Part shown: positions 12,298 to 24,320 of the stretch, in pieces | Position numbering within the stretch: position 1 is the first letter of the stretch | Layout of the letters: each line of letters starts with the position of its first letter | Source of the DNA: Octopus bimaculoides | Taxonomy: Eukaryota | Reading direction: 5' to 3' | Assembly: GCF_001194135.2 (NCBI RefSeq) | Contig: NC_068989.1 | Coordinates: forward strand, 58,627,766 to 58,665,969 | DNA length: 38,204 nucleotides | Notes under the pieces: generated by a model | What the model was told of the DNA's origin: nothing | Seen by the model: the letters and a program-made list of their open reading frames with translations, nothing else | Databases searched by the model: none | Made by a program: the position numbers and the translations under genes

Positions 12298-12503
12298 GGT
12301 TTCAAATTTTGGCGCAAGGCCAGTAATTTAGGAGGAGCGGGTAAGTCGATTACTCGGCTCAACTGGTAGTTATTTTATTGGCTTCGAAAAGATGAAAGGC
12401 AAAGTCGACCTCGGTGGAATTTGAACTCAGAACGTAAAGACGGACGAAATTCTGCTAAGCATTTTGCTCGGCGTGCTAACGATTCTGCCAGTTCACCACC
12501 TTA
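12298..12503 (-). mobile_element. SINE family B, copy 2, with 13-bp TSD
   Basis: Reverse complement of copy 1; tatttcaaatatt at 12285-12297 and 12508-12520. Confidence 0.9.
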
Positions 12504-13124
12504 TCGATATTTCAAATATTACTAAAAACAAGTAAACTATACCGTTATGGTTATTGTGCTCAAGTTTTAGATTTGATAGTAATTAAAATATATTTAAGAA
12601 AATAGGCGCTTCATAATACATATTTTTGATTGTGTACCCTTTGGTCTTCCGTAAAACTGCTAATGAACTTATTGATGGCAAACAATAACAAACACAGGTG
12701 CCTAATGTGGCTATGTCACACCGCAGGAGGGTGTGCTTGAATAAAGAAATAAAAAACTGAGAAACATGGAAATAGAAGAGATTATTGACCAATGTGGAGG
12801 AAGAAATGAAGAAAGAAGAAAAGAAGAAAAAAAGAGGAGAGAGAGAAAGAGAGAGAGAGAGAGGGAGGGTGAGAGAGAAAGTGGGAGGCAGGGACGATGA
12901 AATGACTTAGTATAGGAAATTAGTGGTTGATGATGATAGTGTGCAAAAGAGCAGACATAAACAGATTTTCACAATCCAACAAGTACACACATTTATATAG
13001 GAAAAGAAGACAAATAAATAACCATTTCATTGCACGTGTACACATAAACACACACGCATAGCAGCAGCAGTTTCTTTATTTTCTTTTGATAAATTTGTGT
13101 CATATATACATAGATAAATGTGTG

Positions 13125-13175
<51 letters not shown>

Positions 13176-13398
13176 GTGAGTATGTGTACATGTATATATA
13201 TATATATTGCTCTCTCACACATACTCTGAAATACATGAATACACATGTACACTTAGATATATAGGTTCATCCATACATTCATATATAGATGTGTGCGTGT
13301 GTGTGTCTTTATATCTCACACACAGAGAAATACATAAATCCATGATTGCACCTTCAAATATTGAATGCATTATACGTAAAAAAGAACAGAATCCAAAG

Positions 13399-13513
13399 GT
13401 ACTTATCTTATCGATACAGTAGGATGAGGAAGGAAGTGGGGAAAGTTGACTCCCAACGGAATTTGAACCCAGAACGTAAAGATGAACGAAGTATTCTGCC
13501 AGCTCACCGCCTT
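13399..13513 (-). mobile_element. SINE family B, copy 3 (internally deleted, partial)
   Basis: aaagttgac..ggaatttgaacccagaacgtaaaga..attctgccagctcaccgcctt matches the head of copies 2 and 4. Confidence 0.8.
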
Positions 13514-13530
13514 ATCTGCATCTATATATT

Positions 13531-13745
13531 GGTTTCAAATGTTGGCATAAAGCCAGCAATTTCGGGGGAAGGGGTAAATCAATTATATCAACCTCAGTGT
13601 TCATCTAGTACTTATTTTATCGACCCTGGAAGGATGAAAGGCAAAGTCGACCACTGGGGAATATGAACTCAGAACGTACATGGACGAAATGCCGCTAAGC
13701 ATTTTTGCTGGCGTGCTAACGATTCTGCCAGCTCAGCGCCTTAAA
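13531..13745 (-). mobile_element. SINE family B, copy 4, with 17-bp TSD (1 mismatch)
   Basis: Full reverse copy; atct(g/a)catctatatatt at 13514-13530 and 13746-13762. Confidence 0.9.
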
Positions 13746-14255
13746 ATCTACATCTATATATTAATACCTGAAACAACAGAGGTAGCTGTGCATATGCAAA
13801 CACGTATGAAGGAAATTGCATCCAACTCGGAACTTACATAACTACAATTTGGGTGTGTCAGTATTAGGAGTAGGTGAAGGGAAACAGTTTATGCAAATCC
13901 GAAAGAGGGGATTACCGCGAACGAGAAGGATGTGTTGTCTTTTGTGTTCCATGGAATGGGATGCCACGTCGTGTAAGGAAGTATCCGATGCTATAAGGTA
14001 GTTATTAGAGCGGGCACAACATCAGAAACCTTTCAAATAACAGCACTCTAGCCTCCAGCTATACACAACCAAACACCTTGATGCATTTTTGTATGCCTAT
14101 CAATACACTACATCGCCAACCCTAAAACTCCTCTAGAACATGAAGAAAACCAATCCAGCTCTGTGTGCTAAGTGTATGCCTTGATATGATTCGAATTTTC
14201 TTCACATATTTTATGATATGGGAAATAATCTGGTTATACAATCATATCGCATTAT

Positions 14256-14715
14256 TTTGGTTTCCTAAAGGCGGCGAGCTGGCAGAATCGTTAGCATGCC
14301 GGATAAAATGCTTAGCGGCATTTCGTTCGTCTTTACGTTCAGAGTTCGAATTTCGCCGAGGTCGACTTTGCCTTTCATCATTTCGACGTCGATGAAATAA
14401 GTACCAGTTGAGCACCAGGATCGATGTAATCGACTATCCTCATTCCCCAAAATTTCAGGCCTTGTGCCTATAGTAGAAAGGATTATTTTGGTTTCCTAAA
14501 GGTGGCGAGCTGGCAAAATCGCTAGCTCACCGGACAAAATGCTTAGCGGCATTTCGCCCGTCTATGCGTTCTGAGTTACAATTCCGCCGAGGTTGACTTT
14601 GTGTTTCATTCCTTCGGCACGATAGAATAAGTACCAGTTGAATACTGGGGTCAATGTAACCGACTAGCTTCTCCCCCCTAAATTTGCTGGCGCTGTGCCA
14701 AAATCTGAAACCAAG
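14256..14715 (+). mobile_element. SINE family B, copies 5 and 6, head-to-tail tandem (junction ~14487)
   Basis: Both start attttggtttcctaaagg(c/t)ggcgagctggca and share B box and central domain. Confidence 0.9.
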
Positions 14716-15029
14716 ATTTTGGTTTCGCAAGCTAATTTTAGTTTTGTTTGCTCGATGGTATGCAATATTTTTTGTAATTTATAGGAAGGGAATCGCAAAG
14801 TATTGCAATTGAAGACATGAAGCACATGGAAAAGTTTCTGAAAGGTATTAATGATGTGTTAATAAGTGACCTATGTTAGTCGTTTTTTATTTAATAATTA
14901 TGCCCTCTATATACTATAGATCGTATTGATATAACATATGTATTCTTTGTACGTATTGGAAATTAATTGTATAGGTGTGTAATAATTTTTATTGTAATTA
15001 TCGATCTGTGTATTAAGTCAGAATTCTGT

Positions 15030-15045
15030 TGTGTGTGTGTGTGCA

Positions 15046-15121
<76 letters not shown>
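15030..15121. repeat. (GT)n microsatellite
   Basis: Directly visible. Confidence 0.97.
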
Positions 15122-15122
<1 letters not shown>

Positions 15123-15306
15123 TTAAAACTGACCATGAAGCAAAGTGAATCTTATTATGCATGCTAACCTTGTGAAGATAATTTAATGGATTTCTGTAGG
15201 ATGTTGTTTAGAAAAGAATTGTTCGCCAGTATTCAGAGAGTTCTGGTTAGTTTCTAATGATATTATGTGTTAAAAATTTCTGTTGCACGAAGTAACATAG
15301 ACATAC

Positions 15307-15331
15307 GTCTTTGCATCACTGGCACTTCCTT
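15307..15331 (-). CDS. 25-nt microexon ((E)GSASDAK)
   Basis: AT-rich acceptor gattataaaatttag|, donor GAC|gtatgt. Phase 1 to 2 is exactly what is needed to join the 134-nt and 37-nt exons. Confidence 0.5.
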
Positions 15332-16179
15332 CTAAATTTTATAATCAGATTACTAATTAATTCTTTATATAATCTGAGAGATGAAATGCTAATCTTTCTT
15401 CGGTACAACTGGAAGTAAAATCCAACAATCTACTATTTTGCACAGCCATTTAAGTCACTTTAACCTCATTGTCAGTAAACCCTCAAAATAACGTATTCAA
15501 AAATTTTAACTGTAGCATGTGTCAGATTAACAATTATAATTCTTTTTGTCATCTAATCTCAAAACTGCAAAAAATACGATTTGTTTTTCCAGTCTACCAT
15601 CCCAACTCCATTACTAATACCTCTTTAATGGGTTAAATAAATATATTTAACAGACCCCGTGGTTCAAAATCCCAACCTTGTCTCCTCTAGCGGAGAAATC
15701 TCTTTTGAAAATATTGAGATTAGACTTTCGGCTAGAGGATAGCACAGTTTCTTGATGCATCAAGTTTATGTTATCTCTGAGTATTAACGGCACTGTATCA
15801 AATAAATTACAGAGGTTTAAGTGTTAAGAGTTTCCCCAGTTGGTACACATCGAAAAATAGAACAGGCCCGATCCCGTGAGTGACACGTGAAGCTTCCCTA
15901 TCATCTACGGCATAAAGTAAAAGATAATACACTACAAGTCCACTTGATGCACAACACTTCATATCTCCCTGACCTTGTACTTCAAGTTATCTAACTAGTA
16001 GAAAATTTTCCAGTTCTACACTAACTATTCCTGGTAGAATGTGCTTTAAAAACTCAAAAAATATTACTACCTTTACGAACTGGGTAACTTTCACCCATTA
16101 CTGAAACCTTCCCAAGACAATTATTCGAAAAGTAAGAACTTACTTTGTGCATCCTACAACCTCCTATTAAGCTTTCACA

Positions 16180-17052
16180 ACACTAAAATTACAACTGGCC
16201 TTTTGGATCTCTAACATGTCAAAGATGTTTGGGATCCAAACTTACTAAAGATGATTGAAGCTGTCGTTAATAATCACCTCAAATCCTTCTTTCTCTCGGT
16301 GATCACAAGTATCGCTTATATAAATCTCAATATACCGAGAACTTGATCTCTTACATTCTTCACTTATGATCGCTCTCTTTGGGAGGTTCAATGAAAGTAA
16401 TGTCGTTGAACTTCACCGTGTCTAGATAAGCTGCTCCTAGCTATCCTGCTGCTTATGTGCTCCTCCATCTCTCATATCTTTTACAGAAAGCTTCCTGTTA
16501 CATTCCATTCTAGAAGCATCTGGTGGTGGTTGATTTGATACCGGCTTTATCAATTCTGATGCACTAAGGTATGTCCCCTACATTTTCCTCCTTTTCATTA
16601 ACGACTAAACTGTCGCCTCAAAGAACACTCACTCGTATACAGATGATACCACTCTTACACTCCTGCTTCATCTTCCGCACTCAAGTGTCAGACATGTCGC
16701 CAAGCCTGTTAAAGATACAATCATTGCTCATCTCAAAGAAACAACCTTGTACCTCACTCAAAGAGGACATATAACGAAAACCCTAAAAGTAGTGACAATG
16801 AATCTTCATGGTAATACCATAAACGTCCTATAACTAACTTTGTATCCTACAGCCTTCCTCTTCAGGATCAGAAAGCACTTCAGCTTCGATCAATTTCTGG
16901 CTCCTAAAGTAACGCCGTCTCACATTTTAGACGACGTTGCTGTTGCCCATACAAATGCACTTCATCATATCCAAGGTTATCAAAATGATTGCCAAATATC
17001 AATAATGAACACTACAAACTCTATCTAACCAACAGATGTGCTAACCCACCTC

Positions 17053-17100
<48 letters not shown>

Positions 17101-17400
17101 CTTATTCAATTAGTACAAAGCCTATGTTCTCTTGAACTAGATACTTGGAAACCACTCTTCTCGGGACCAAGTTTCTCATCCAGTTTTCTTCCCAGTTTCA
17201 TCCTAATGTCTCTCAAATAATAAGCGCTTCACTAATCTCATCGTCTAATCTCTCTTCCACCTAGAACGTCAACTCTAGAACTCCACTTTTAGTCTATTGT
17301 TTTTCCAGAGATGCTCAGTTTGTTCTATCCTCCATATTAGTTTTGCTACGAGTTTCGAAGAGTGTGAAAAGGTCATGGGCAGAGCTCTTCTTACAAATGA
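16180..17400 (+). mobile_element. CR1-type LINE RT and 3' region relic, interrupted by (TCTG)n at 17053-17099
   Basis: LGDHKYRLYKSQYTENLISY (cf. SDHQYGFRKSRST.DLL), LLFIND* and HSYTDDTTL (YADD motif); after the microsatellite FQRCS (cf. HGRCS). Many stops and frameshifts. Confidence 0.8.
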
Positions 17401-18339
17401 AGACATGAAAGAAGTATCCGGTAATGATATTAAGTTCTTCCTTTTCTAAATTGTTAAATATGTAGAAAACTTAAAGAATAAAGAGATTTTTTTGATATGT
17501 GGATTAAAGAAAATAGTAATACTTGTACTTGACTTTGATGATCCACTTGGATAGGTTTTCCCAGAACCTGTTTACTGTGAAGATTTAGCGTTGAATGTAA
17601 TGTCTAAACGGATTCTGTTTTAAGAATTTGGAAGAAACTTTGGTTTATATTTTCCATGTTCCTGTGTAGATTTGAAGACAGCATTATTAACGAAACGATG
17701 ATTAGGCTGAAAACATTAATTATTGTCATTAATTATGGTGAGATATCAGTTCGTTGTAATAACAATGAATGGATTATTGAAAGTTGTCTCGTGACAATGG
17801 GTTTCGAACTATTGATTCTTTTGCTGGTGAGCATCCTATCGATTCGGCCAGGTGCGCCTGTCTACAGTAAAATCACGAGAAGAAGTTTTATTACTTAAAC
17901 CCGTGTCACTATGAGAAACGTGTTAACAGAGGAAGGAGAAGGATCAGAGAAGAAGTAAAAGATAATGCTATAAATAAGACTTAATAGTAGTAAGGTGTAG
18001 TTATTGAATCGTAACGACATACATTGACACGCACACACACACACACACACACACTTTCATATATGTTTAACGTTCACCAGAAGTTGGCTTATCAGATCAG
18101 CTGGAGATGGTCGACAAAGGAGGGTTACAGGGGAGGGGCTGGAAATTTCCTCACAGACAATATTTTTCTTCCTCATGGGTGGATTTTAGGGAGGAGTTTT
18201 CTCATTTGGGCGGGACAATTGACTGCGGTATAGTTTCACTATTTTTATGGCACCTCATAGCTTTTGGTTTAACTGGGTACCGATAGTTTACTTTCAGGAT
18301 TTCCAACAACAGCTGGTTTCTGGGCAGTATTTGTCGATA

Positions 18340-18700
18340 TACACACACGCGTACTACATACGTATACATGCATATCCTACATACATACACGTACACACAT
18401 ATCCTACATACATACATTTAGTGTACACATATGTTGGTTGGCATGTATGCAGGCACATCTGTCAATGAGTATGCCCATGTATGTATATGTGTATCTATAT
18501 GTACAAGTCTTGTGTGTGTATGTGTGTGTTCGCGTGTTCGTCCGCGCGTACGTGCTTGTGTGCGTGCCTGTGTGCATATGCGTGTCTATATGTGCTTGTG
18601 CGTGTGCGTATGTATAAATGTATATGTGTATATGTGCATGTGACCCATCGCATTTTTGAGTGTGCGAGTGTGCATCCGTGCATGCGCGTGCACTCGTGCT
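18340..18700. repeat. Degenerate CA/TG low-complexity block
   Basis: Directly visible. Confidence 0.9.
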
Positions 18701-19799
18701 GTGTCACAAAGGTGTTGATAAATAGATCCATTCAGGTTTGTAGTTTGTGTAAGAGAGAGAAAAACGTTCAAATGAAGACAGAAAACAAAAGGCTGTGATA
18801 GAATTTTGCAGAAAATTACGCTGGGTCTATTATTTAGAAGTTGATGCGTGTGAAATGCTTGTATTTATGAATGTCTGTTCATTACAAATGTAAGCACTCC
18901 TAAGAGTCATACGCATAAACGTACATAATAAATACATGCATCATACATATGTCCACGAATACAAACACACACACACACACACACACACACATGATATGGT
19001 ATGATATGATATCATTCTTTACAACACGTTTACTTTGCTCATAAGTTGTTCACATGCATCCTAGGCAAGCTAAACAAAACCTGCACAGCCTCTAGTCAAA
19101 GTCTTGAAAAACATCCTTCTATTAGAATATTACCATTTGGTGTCTCTTAGGAGCACACGATCTAATTACCGTTCATATTAAGATAATAGTTGTTTACGTC
19201 ACTGAATAATATGCAATTAAATTCTTCTTGGCTATTACAAATCTTGACTTCACCGCCAATAAGAAGCTCATTAATGTAAAAAAAGACAGTAAATCTTCAG
19301 GTAGACAATGGTTGATAAACTTTGTTTCACTGAGAGCTCTGGCAACCCTCAGTTAAATGGTCCGAATTGACACAAACCATCCAAGTTAGAGAGGATGGAC
19401 TGATAAAACCCACAACTTAAGTAGAAATTTTTATGGCAGATATTTTCAAAGACTTTGCTGTTCAGAGTTGTTAGATCAGTTTTATTAAATGTATCATAAC
19501 ATTTCAAAAAGTAGCGGTTTGTGTTATAAATTAGTCTTTGGTGAATATTTTACGAGTAACTGAGGTAAATAGATTCTTACGTTTAAGAATTAAAATTGTA
19601 AATGAGCAGGTATCCTCATTTAAAAATAAACGTCAACAAAATACTTGTAGCCCAATCGGATAATCTTGCTACTGATGTGAAGTTCAATGACATTGTTTTC
19701 GCCAAATTTTTCAAGGAACAAGAGTCATTAGTGGATAACATAAGAGTAAACTCCCACCAGACAAGCCGTACTGGAGGTCATTGAGGAATAAAGAAAGGG

Positions 19800-20500
19800 T
19801 TCAAGTGCGAGGACACGACTGTTTCTATCACCTTTGAAATGTAGAAAGTGAAAGCAACAAACTATTTATGAGTTTAGCGAGGAATGAGTCACTATTTGAT
19901 GGTAATGGAAAGGACGTTTTTATACAAACCTTATGGTGAGACAGATGGAATAGGGAGGTAAAGTTCCTGAGGAGTATTGTTGAATTTGTACATTGTGGTG
20001 TTCTAGCAGAAAATGCGAATAGTTTCTACAGAGAAGCACAACATGTAGAATCTCTTACTTAACGAAATATATAGTGGGAGAATTCCACAAAGTTAGAGAT
20101 TCTCAAGCAAGTAACTAAAAGAACCGGATGCAGTTTGGGATGTCAAAGAGTTCAAAGTTGGTGCGGTGCTCCACAACATCCTCAGCTTTTTGGATAGTAG
20201 TCTTGCAGGTACTGCGATGGTGTGTAACATCCAGTTAGTTAGTGGCAATAGGCTAGGTCTTTCCAGATGGCTTTGTCGGCGTTGTTGTGTTTAGCTCCAG
20301 TTCAACTCTAAATGAGCAACCTTATGATCAACACATTCTCTTGTTCAGGTATAGACTACTTCAGATTGCAATATTCAATATTCCCTGTTCAAAAGATGTT
20401 AGGGTGGGGTATGAACAAAATATGGTTACTGTTTCTAGCTGATCAAAGTACCACATGTAGGCTCCTTCTCTTGCTTGCTGATAGACAGTGTAAAACTCTA
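19800..20500 (-). mobile_element. CR1-type LINE 3' relic
   Basis: Minus-strand fragments CGAP..DIPNCIRF and a terminal ..tttcaaagg.. stretch resemble the CR1 C-terminal WGGA / DRIQ..AIRLI / FK.RV motifs. Confidence 0.4.
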
Positions 20501-22549
20501 ACCATTTAGCTGATGTGAAACGTCATAGGATTCAGATGATAGTGTGGGAAATGAGAGTGAAGGAAATGAGTGTGTGGGAGATGGGCGCGTGGGAGATGTG
20601 TGATGGGTAGCATTGATTAAGCTATGGACAGACGATCTGTCGGGTGTAGAGAAGGCGATGTTTGATAAAATGTGGGTGTTGTATACATTTATGCTTTTTA
20701 AGTTCTTAAGCAAAGCACCTGGAATAGAGTCTGGTTTGCTAACACGTTCTGATAGATATTTGTGTAGAAGTAGTTTGTTGTGTTGACATTTGGGAAAAGC
20801 TAGCAGTACAACTTCTGTTTTAATTTAATTTTAATGATACTAGTGACATAATAGCGTAGTAAAGGCAATTCATTGTGAAACACGTGAGTGGTGAGAGATT
20901 GAAATATCGTTGAAGACTAAATGTCAGAGAAGAGAAAAGGTCAATTTTTGATAACTTCTGAATATTTCTACAGGTGGAAAGATGTGAAAGTTAAAACAAC
21001 CAATTATTTTTCTAGAGGATGTTGCATGCCTCCTGGGGGATATAAAAGCAGCAAGAAAGGAATATATATTAAGTATACAGTTATTATACAACACTCTATC
21101 ATATAAACTCAATAGAAATCGCACTGAAATTGTTATAGTTAGCAAACTTTTGCCACTGCCCTTAACTATTAATCATCAAAGATAAATCCATAGAAATAAT
21201 TGATTTTTAATTGCTTTATGTGGTTGGACGCTGGATTAAAGATCTCAATATACTTGATTTGATATTTCTAGATTCTGAGTTCAAATCTCATCAATATTCT
21301 CTTAACTCTCTTGAGATTGATTAAATAAATACAAGTTATCTGTGATCAGGGAATTCACATGAAATTCATGCACAGATTAGCGCGATGTTGATGTTGATCG
21401 GGCGAGAATAATTTAAATACCGTTTGGGATTTAGATGTAATCTTCAATATTGAAGAAACGGACACAATTAGAGAAAAAATAAACACAACCAAAAGGAAAA
21501 TGCAATATGTTTATAATGGTAGCTTTATTGGAGTCTTCTAATTAAATCCTATTTTTGAAGCTCCTTTGCGACACCAACAGTTTCAAGATACTGTCTTTAT
21601 TCATGCACGCCATGTAAGATTGTTCCTGAAATACCAAAACTACGATAAATGGTGCGTGTCATCAGATTAAAGGTGTGTGTGTGAGTGTGTATATGGAGGT
21701 AGGGTAGGGGTGGTGGTGGTGGTGGTGTATGTGTGTTAAATTTTTTGCTTGGCTGGGTAGTATACCATACAAAAAAGTCTTCTTGGCGAGAGATTACATA
21801 GCCCATATGGTATGAAATGTCGGGGGCAGTAAATTCCTCAATATATCCACTCCGTACAGATATGGGAATATTTAAAAACTTGCAATTGACAGCAATTTTT
21901 AATGGGGCTATTTTTTGCTAACAATTAGCCTTAAATTTATTATTTGAGTTAATTTTTTAATTATAGAGTAGCTAAGGAAAGCTATTATTTTTAGCTTTTA
22001 AATCGAAATAAATTTTAAAATTTTAAACTATAGCTGCAATATTTTGAGTATAAATATACTTGTCCTGTACTTTTCAAGGTGTTATAACTTGTCCTGTAAT
22101 TTTCCAGGTTTAATATCTTAAGAATATTAACCTCCATGTGTCCGCATTTTTCAATGTAATCCGCTTTTTTTCCAGACAATGCAATTAGTCTAATAAATAG
22201 TGATAATTAATAATTTATAATTTTACCTGATTAAAATATTTTCTTTTTATTTAATACTTTTGTTAAATAATTTTTTAATTATTTTTCATGTTTGATGATT
22301 GAATTAAAAGCAAAATAAGTATTAATCTAAATAAATAAAAAAATGAATTGTAAGAACACTTTAGTTACACTGCTTCATGACAGTTGAAAGAGAAAGGGAG
22401 ACAACTGTATATATATTATATATTATAATAGTTTATACATATATAGTTTCTATAATCTCAAAACAAGTAAGTGATGCTAAGCACAAGGCCTAGCACAACT
22501 TACTTGTCTTTGACACTTTTTTCTACGAAATTTAATTGCATAAAATTAG

Positions 22550-22820
22550 CATTTTTAGATCCCTCTCGTTTTGATTTATCATTTGGAGTTAAGTAAAATA
22601 TAGATAACTTTTAAATTAAGAAAATTTTTTGAAGTCAAAGTTGATTCGAGACGTTACTTACTTTTTTCGGCACTTTTGACTTCACAACTTCTTTATATTA
22701 AAGATTCTTTTGATAAAATTGACATTTTTAGATTTCTCTCGTTTCGTTCTGTCATTTAAGAGTAAATAAAATATAGTTTGCTTTTAAGATAAGAAAGTTA
22801 CTTTTATTCAAAGTCGATTT
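22550..22820. repeat. Degenerate direct repeat, period ~173 bp
   Basis: catttttagat..ctctcgttt...tcattt..agt.aa.taaaatatag...aagaaa...tcaaagt.gatt begins at 22550 and again at 22723. Confidence 0.7.
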
Positions 22821-23049
22821 TTCGTCTTACTCTCCTCTTCTGGACCTCACATATTTTAACGTAACTTTTTTGCCACTGAACTAAATTTCTCTAGCCTGGG
22901 AGGTGACTATTATAGATCTGTTAATAGTTTTGAATTTGGTTAGGAAATAAGTTAGTGACAAAGCTTTGAAGAGGCTGCGAGTGAGTAAATGTCAATCTTA
23001 AGAATATTATTCAACCACTACTGTGGTTGAATGATATTTATATATATAA

Positions 23050-23420
23050 ATATATATCTTTTATCTTTTACTTATTTCACGCTGGCCACCGCCTTTAATT
23101 TTTAGTCGAATGAATCAACCCCAGTATTTATTTTTTAAACCTGGTACTTATTATATCGGTCTCTTTTGCCGAAACGCTAGTGTTACGGGGACGTAAATAC
23201 ACCAACACCGGTTGTCAAGCGGTAAAGGGGGACAAACACAGATACAAAGACACACACACACATATACGACGGGATTCTTTCAGTTTCCATCTACGAAATC
23301 CACTCACAAGGCTTTGGTCGGCCCGAAGCAATAGTAGAAGACACATACACAAGGTGCCACGCAGTAAGACTGACCCGGAACTATGTGGTTGAGAAGCAAG
23401 TTTCTTACCACACAGTCACT
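23050..23420 (-). mobile_element. tRNA-derived CORE-type SINE (OR2-like), copy A
   Basis: Minus head gtgactgtgtggtaagaaacttgcttc; CORE-like ggcacctt...gtgtcttctactat; internal CA tract. OR2 = CORE-SINE is recalled from the literature. Confidence 0.8.
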
Positions 23421-23810
23421 CTTTCATTCTTTTGTTCTGTTCCTTCGAGTCATTTGACTGCGGCCATGCTGGAGTACCGCTTTGAAGAGATTTTACTCGA
23501 ACAAACCGACCCCAGGATTAATTTTTTAAGCCTAGTACTTATTCTATCGTTCTCTTTTGCCGAACCGCTAACTACATCAATACCGGTTGTCAAGCAGTGG
23601 TGGGTGTATAAACAGACACAAAGACAAACACACTTAGATAAATGCATAACTATAAATATATGACAGCCTTCTTTCAGTTTCCTTCTACCAAATCCACTCA
23701 CAAGGCTTTAGTCGCCCCGAGACTATGATAGAAGACACTTGCCCAAAATGCCACGTAGTGGGGCTGGACCCGGAACCATGTGTCTGGGAAGCAAACCCCT
23801 TACCACAGGT
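23421..23810 (-). mobile_element. CORE-type SINE, copy B (tandem with copy A)
   Basis: Near-identical blocks to copy A: caaatccactcacaaggcttt and gaagacacttgcccaa (CORE-like ttgggcaagtgtcttc on minus). Confidence 0.85.
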
Positions 23811-23828
23811 ATTTGAAAGCACAAAGAA

Positions 23829-24040
23829 GGCTGTGTGGTTAAGATTATTGTCATATGCTGGAACTGCGTCTGTCCGTATGCGTGCCTAACTTTGTTGCTA
23901 TCGCTTGATAATCAGTGTAAGTTGGCTTACGTCCTTGAACGAAGCAGGTCAGCAAAAAAGACATTGATAGAATACGTATTGGAGGTCGATTTGATCGACT
24001 GAAAATTTATTGAAAGCTGTGCTGCTGTCCAAGACTAAAA
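23829..24040 (+). mobile_element. CORE-type SINE, copy C (decayed, inverted relative to A and B)
   Basis: ggctgtgtggttaag head; cgcttgataatcagtgt, aaaagac..gatagaata and gtcgatttgatcgact match the family. Confidence 0.6.
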
Positions 24041-24159
24041 GAAAACCATATGTAGTTTACAGTTATCTAATCTTATTTTGTTTGCGCGTTGATGGAACTT
24101 CATTTATGTGTGGGCGGTTGTTTGCGTCAGCGTACGAAACGTAATTAATGGATTTCACT

Positions 24160-24222
24160 CCTTCACACACACATACGCAGACTCTCACACAAACACGTAA
24201 ATACATACGTACATATATGTGT

Positions 24223-24259
<37 letters not shown>

Positions 24260-24320
24260 CGCGTATGTATGTGTGTGTATGTGTGTGTATGTATATATAT
24301 GCATATATGCATATATATAT
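24160..24320. repeat. CA/TG/TA compound microsatellite
   Basis: Directly visible. Confidence 0.93.

Noticed and set aside
17797-17898. Short plus ORF resembling a signal peptide (MGFELLILLLVSILSIRPGAPV..RR..)
   Set aside because: 33 aa, hydrophobic runs are common by chance in T-rich DNA, and there is no supporting gene structure.
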